Translations under genes and position numbers: made by a program
The notes under the pieces: model-generated
The model's input: the letters and a program-made list of their open reading frames with translations, nothing else
Told to the model about the DNA's origin: nothing
The model's database searches: none
NCBI RefSeq assembly: GCF_905372525.1
Contig: NZ_CAJPPN010000005.1
Location: 4,190-68,189 of the forward strand
Length of the DNA stretch: 64,000 nucleotides
DNA from: an uncultured Porphyromonas sp.
Lineage (GTDB): Bacteria; Bacteroidota; Bacteroidia; Bacteroidales; Porphyromonadaceae
Reading direction: 5' to 3'
Part shown: one piece after another, positions 60,520-64,000 of the stretch
How the letters are laid out: each line of letters opens with the position of its first letter
Position numbering within the stretch: the first letter of the stretch is position 1

Positions 60520-61290
60520 CTAGCGTAGGAGAGTAGAGTCTCGTCGTCCCTGCCAGTGACTCGCCACCTCGGGTAGGCGGCCTGCGCCTAGATAGCGGGA
60601 GGTATAGTAGGGGCTATCGTTGTAGCTCTCGATGACGATGCCTCGGCTACAGCTACTATGCATCATCTTGATCTGCCCGTTCTCATTGCTCACCACCATG
60701 GCCACATGACCGACACGACTCTGTCCTCGGTTGCGTCCCTTGAAGAAGAGTAGGTCGCCTGGCTGTGGATCCTTGATCTTGTCTGCGTAGACGGCGATAG
60801 CACCCGAGGAACGGGGGATCTTGATCCCCTCTAGGGAATAGATATAGCTGACGAAGCCCGAGCAGTCTAGTGGCCACTTGGCGATACCCGTGGTACGGTA
60901 GCGATGCCCTAGGAGCTTCTGTCCATGATCCACTACAGTGCGGATGAGGCTCGGGGTACTTGCGGTGAGGGTGATGGGCTTGTAGGAGTAGCCTCGGCCA
61001 CTCGTGCCGTGTCTGGAGGATTCGGTAGCACAGGCTGAGGCTGTCGTCTTGGCTCGCTTGCTCTTGGAGCGGTGCTTGCGGTGTGTCGATTTCTTTTTTC
61101 TGGAGGCTGGTGCGGGGGCGGCTTGGCTGTCGTCTGTAGCTTGGTCGTACAGAGCGAAGGTAGGGGAGGCGAGTTGGTCGCTACTGTCTCGGTAGTCCGA
61201 TCGGGCTACGGCCTTGGCACCGCAGGCCGTCGTTGCGAATAGAGCGACTGCGATCAGGGTCGCAGTGTAGGGTCTCTGGAGTTGTTTCAT
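60520..61290 (-). CDS. NlpC/P60 (C40) cell-wall peptidase, probable lipoprotein
   Basis: DCSGF, IPRSS, PGDLLFF, GHVA, HS; signal with TTAC. Confidence 0.9.
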   Translation of the reverse strand: MKQLQRPYTATLIAVALFATTACGAKAVARSDYRDSSDQLASPTFALYDQATDDSQAAPAPASRKKKSTHRKHRSKSKRAKTTASACATESSRHGTSGRGYSYKPITLTASTPSLIRTVVDHGQKLLGHRYRTTGIAKWPLDCSGFVSYIYSLEGIKIPRSSGAIAVYADKIKDPQPGDLLFFKGRNRGQSRVGHVAMVVSNENGQIKMMHSSCSRGIVIESYNDSPYYTSRYLGAGRLPEVASHWQGRRDSTLLR

Positions 61291-61707
61291 CCTGTCGTTG
61301 TCTTTATACTAGGCAGGTAATGCCCCATCTCTGGGGTGACCATGTATATCAAAGTAATGTACGTGGCACAAATATACTACATTCTCGTGGGACTGCCTCC
61401 CTTCATAGAGGGCTTCGAGACTAGAAGTATAGCATCTTCGTCCCCCCTTCGTTCTGTATAGTATTCCTCAGAGTATGGTCTCATACGACATCGCTATAGT
61501 GTCGTTGGGGCTCGACCTTGAGGGGGCTTATATGCTGTCTGTCCATAGCGAGGGGCTCCATCTCCATGTTATCCCGACATCGTAGGCTCATACACACCTA
61601 CCCCTATTAGAGCCCTGAGGGGGGCTGAATGTGACCTCCTCCACTGGGGGGCAGAGGAAAATTTCCCTGTGTAATGTCCTCTGTATCAAATATACCTGAG
61701 GGGCGAA

Positions 61708-61820
61708 AACGCTCTTACCGAGAGCCCTGATACGCTCTCGGTAAGAGCGTCCTCGTCACCTTACATAGGTGACGAGGACGCTCATTATAGGAGCGCAGAG
61801 GCGTACATAGTATGGTCGTT
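61708..61820. repeat. Dispersed repeat family B, copy 2
   Basis: Overlapping hairpins ACGCTCTTACCGAGAG/CTCTCGGTAAGAGCGT and GAGCGTCCTCGTCACC/GGTGACGAGGACGCTC; core shared with 24147-24182. Confidence 0.8.
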
Positions 61821-62042
61821 TTATCCCTCTCGGAGCATCCTGTTATGGGGCGTCGGAGACTCTCGGGGAAGAGTCCCCCCTTAGTCTCGATCTCTCCTTG
61901 GGATCGTACCTTGCCTCTCTATCCCCATATAGGGTACTATCCGTTAGGTATACTCTCCCGGTCACGTATATATTAATAGTGTATGGTTGAGTTCGGTGCT
62001 CTCTACCTCTCCGGGGAGGAGGGGGGACGAAGGTGCTGAGGC

Positions 62043-63479
62043 TTAGTCTACGAGCCCTTCGGGGTCGTTCATTAGGTAGACTCGCTTGGTGGCACGGGTG
62101 AGCGAGGTGTAGAGCCAGCGAGCCATATTGCGGTCTAGGGGGAGGTAGCCGATGAGTCCGAGGTCGATGAAGACACACGACCACTGCCCGCCCTGCGCCT
62201 TGTGCGCCGTCGTGGCATAGCCATACTTGACCTCGAGGGCTCCCCAGAAGCGATCCTTGCGAATAGCCTTGCGCCGGGCTACGACAGAGCTGATATCGGC
62301 ATAGCTATCGGCGATCGCATTGAAGAGCTCCTGTCGCTTCTGGCTACTTCGCTGGGGCTCGGGATCTGTTAGGGCCGAGAGTAGGAGGCAGACCTCTAGC
62401 TCCTCCCCGCGGTCGGGGAGGTAGATAGTGGCATCGACGAAGTCCAGTCCATACTCATGATAGTAGCGGTGTAGGCGAGTGACCTCGACGATCTCCCCGT
62501 TGGCGATGAAGTCCGAGTGGTCTTGGCGCCGGGTATAGTGGTAGTTGTTGCGCGCCACGATGAGGCGCTCACCACGTACGATCGCTTCCTCGTAGTAGAA
62601 GATGTGGCTCCGTACAGCTTGGTTTAGCTCCATAGCTCGCTTGTTGGAGGGGCAGATCAGGAGGCACTCCTCCATCCCATAGCGTCCGTAGGCTGTCTCT
62701 ATAGTCTCTAAGACGAGGCCATGCTCGACGCGAGTGATGCCCCGCCAGCCCTCTGTCTCTAGGTGTATGGGTAGGAGTTCCTCGGGGTCTTCGTCCTCGG
62801 AGCTGTCGATGAGTTCGCGTAGGCAGGTGGCATTATGTAGTATCCCGCCCTTCTTCTGTCGGACAATTTGCCTTAGGCTGGCTTCGTAGACCGTCATCCC
62901 ATAGCGGGAGGCGAGCGTCTCGGGGCAGAGGGCATCGCTGAGGCTCGAGCCCACGGGGGGGAGCTGAGCGGTATCCCCCACTAGTAGGAGCTTACCCTGC
63001 TCGGCCGACCAGACGTAGGCCAGGAGGTCGTCTAGGAGGTTGCCTGAGCCAAAGGGTGTCACTTCGGAGCTATCGCCCGTGATCATAGAGGCTTCGTCTA
63101 CGATAAAGAGGGTGGGCTGCTTACTCGATGCTGAGGCGAGCTGAAAGGCTCCTCCCTCCTCCTGCATCTGGGTCGTCGCTCTATATATAGTACGGTGGAT
63201 GGTAGTGGCCTGTCGCCCTGTCGTCGTGGAGAGTACCTTGGCCGCCCGACCCGTAGAGGCCATGAGCTCCACTCGTAGCCCAGCACCTATGGCTGTCTCT
63301 GTGATGAGGCGAAGTAGGAAGCTCTTCCCCGTGCCGGCATAGCCACGCAGGAGGAAGAGGGCATAGGGGGAGCTCTCTCGGAGGTATTCGGCTAGCCTGC
63401 CTAGGGCGGTAGCTTGGTCGGTAGTGAGCCCCTCAGTACTGTCGTGTAGTAGCTGATCGGCGAGCGCTGTGTACGGCAT
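62043..63479 (-). CDS. ATP-dependent RecD-like (SF1B) DNA helicase
   Basis: GYAGTGKS, TIHR, VDEASM, GD..QLPPV, YATTAHKAQG.QW, LYTSLTRA. Confidence 0.9.
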   Translation of the reverse strand: MPYTALADQLLHDSTEGLTTDQATALGRLAEYLRESSPYALFLLRGYAGTGKSFLLRLITETAIGAGLRVELMASTGRAAKVLSTTTGRQATTIHRTIYRATTQMQEEGGAFQLASASSKQPTLFIVDEASMITGDSSEVTPFGSGNLLDDLLAYVWSAEQGKLLLVGDTAQLPPVGSSLSDALCPETLASRYGMTVYEASLRQIVRQKKGGILHNATCLRELIDSSEDEDPEELLPIHLETEGWRGITRVEHGLVLETIETAYGRYGMEECLLICPSNKRAMELNQAVRSHIFYYEEAIVRGERLIVARNNYHYTRRQDHSDFIANGEIVEVTRLHRYYHEYGLDFVDATIYLPDRGEELEVCLLLSALTDPEPQRSSQKRQELFNAIADSYADISSVVARRKAIRKDRFWGALEVKYGYATTAHKAQGGQWSCVFIDLGLIGYLPLDRNMARWLYTSLTRATKRVYLMNDPEGLVD

Positions 63480-63595
63480 GTAATAATAATTTCTATCTTT
63501 GTTGGTGTGAAGTTAGTGCAATCATAGCATATATGCTCTATCGGTAGCCTAGCTAGATAATGTGAAGACTAATTAAAATACTACATACAATAGCA

Positions 63596-64000
63596 ATGAA
63601 GAAAGTTATTCTACTAGTGGTAGCACTAGCTGTGGTCGCCCTAGCGTATGTCACCGTGCAGAGCGTCCTAGCTCCCGTGAGCTTCGACAAGAAGCAAACG
63701 GAGATCGAACTAGTCCTGCAAAAACAACTCAAGAAGATCGCTACCTACGAAGATGCCTACAAGAGCGTCTACGATAAGTACGCCAATAAGGAAGAGCTGA
63801 TCAACTTCCTCAACAACGGCCGCATCTTCTACATCCGTGCAGAGGGCGACTATACGAGCGACATGCGCGACAAGGGTCTCTCCGAGGAGGATGCTGCTCG
63901 TCAGGGGCTCATCCGTCGTGACACCGTATGGGTATCCGCTAAGGACTCCCTGCTAAAGGATGGTACGGACCTCTCTAAGCTCTTCATCATCCCCAATAAC
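63596..64000 (+). CDS. Hypothetical membrane-anchored protein, truncated at the window end
   Basis: ATG at 63596 opens MKKVILLVVALAVVALAYVTVQSVLAPVSFDK...GLIRRDTVWVSAKDSL with no stop before 64000; -7 box TATCTTTG upstream. Confidence 0.75.
   Translation, partial: MKKVILLVVALAVVALAYVTVQSVLAPVSFDKKQTEIELVLQKQLKKIATYEDAYKSVYDKYANKEELINFLNNGRIFYIRAEGDYTSDMRDKGLSEEDAARQGLIRRDTVWVSAKDSLLKDGTDLSKLFIIPNN

Overview
A 64-kb chromosomal window from a Bacteroidota anaerobe, most likely Porphyromonas-like. This is inferred from the gene set, TAnnTTTG -7 promoter boxes, Gln-starting mature proteins and a type IX secretion (T9SS) sorting domain. Most of the window is housekeeping: udk, tgt, LptF/G, smpB, tRNA-Leu(TAA), nrdDG, rmuC, a FadL-like barrel, a GH20 hexosaminidase, glyA, dGTPase, aspS, miaA, 2-oxoacid:ferredoxin oxidoreductase, serine dehydratase, sialate O-acetylesterase, comM, MltF-like, rlmD, glmM, DHH, ABC-F, NlpC/P60 and a RecD-like helicase. 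The stand-out is a 12-kb accessory locus between dgt and aspS (24561-36810). It starts with a small secreted protein made of one YD-repeat-like strand plus a T9SS C-terminal domain. Next comes a 2177-aa Sec-exported SpvB/FG-GAP/Rhs protein (a TcB-TcC-like fusion) whose AT-rich tip holds a Gly/Ala hydrophobic segment and a papain-fold-like Cys-His-Asp domain. Six envelope proteins follow, in two paralogous families plus a singleton, one broken by a nonsense codon. I propose it is a polymorphic toxin exported by T9SS through a trans-acting adaptor, with a poly-immunity array; this is inference. Two unnamed dispersed palindromic repeat families and a perfect DnaA box at the nrdD promoter also occur. 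Product calls come from motif recognition only; no searches were run.
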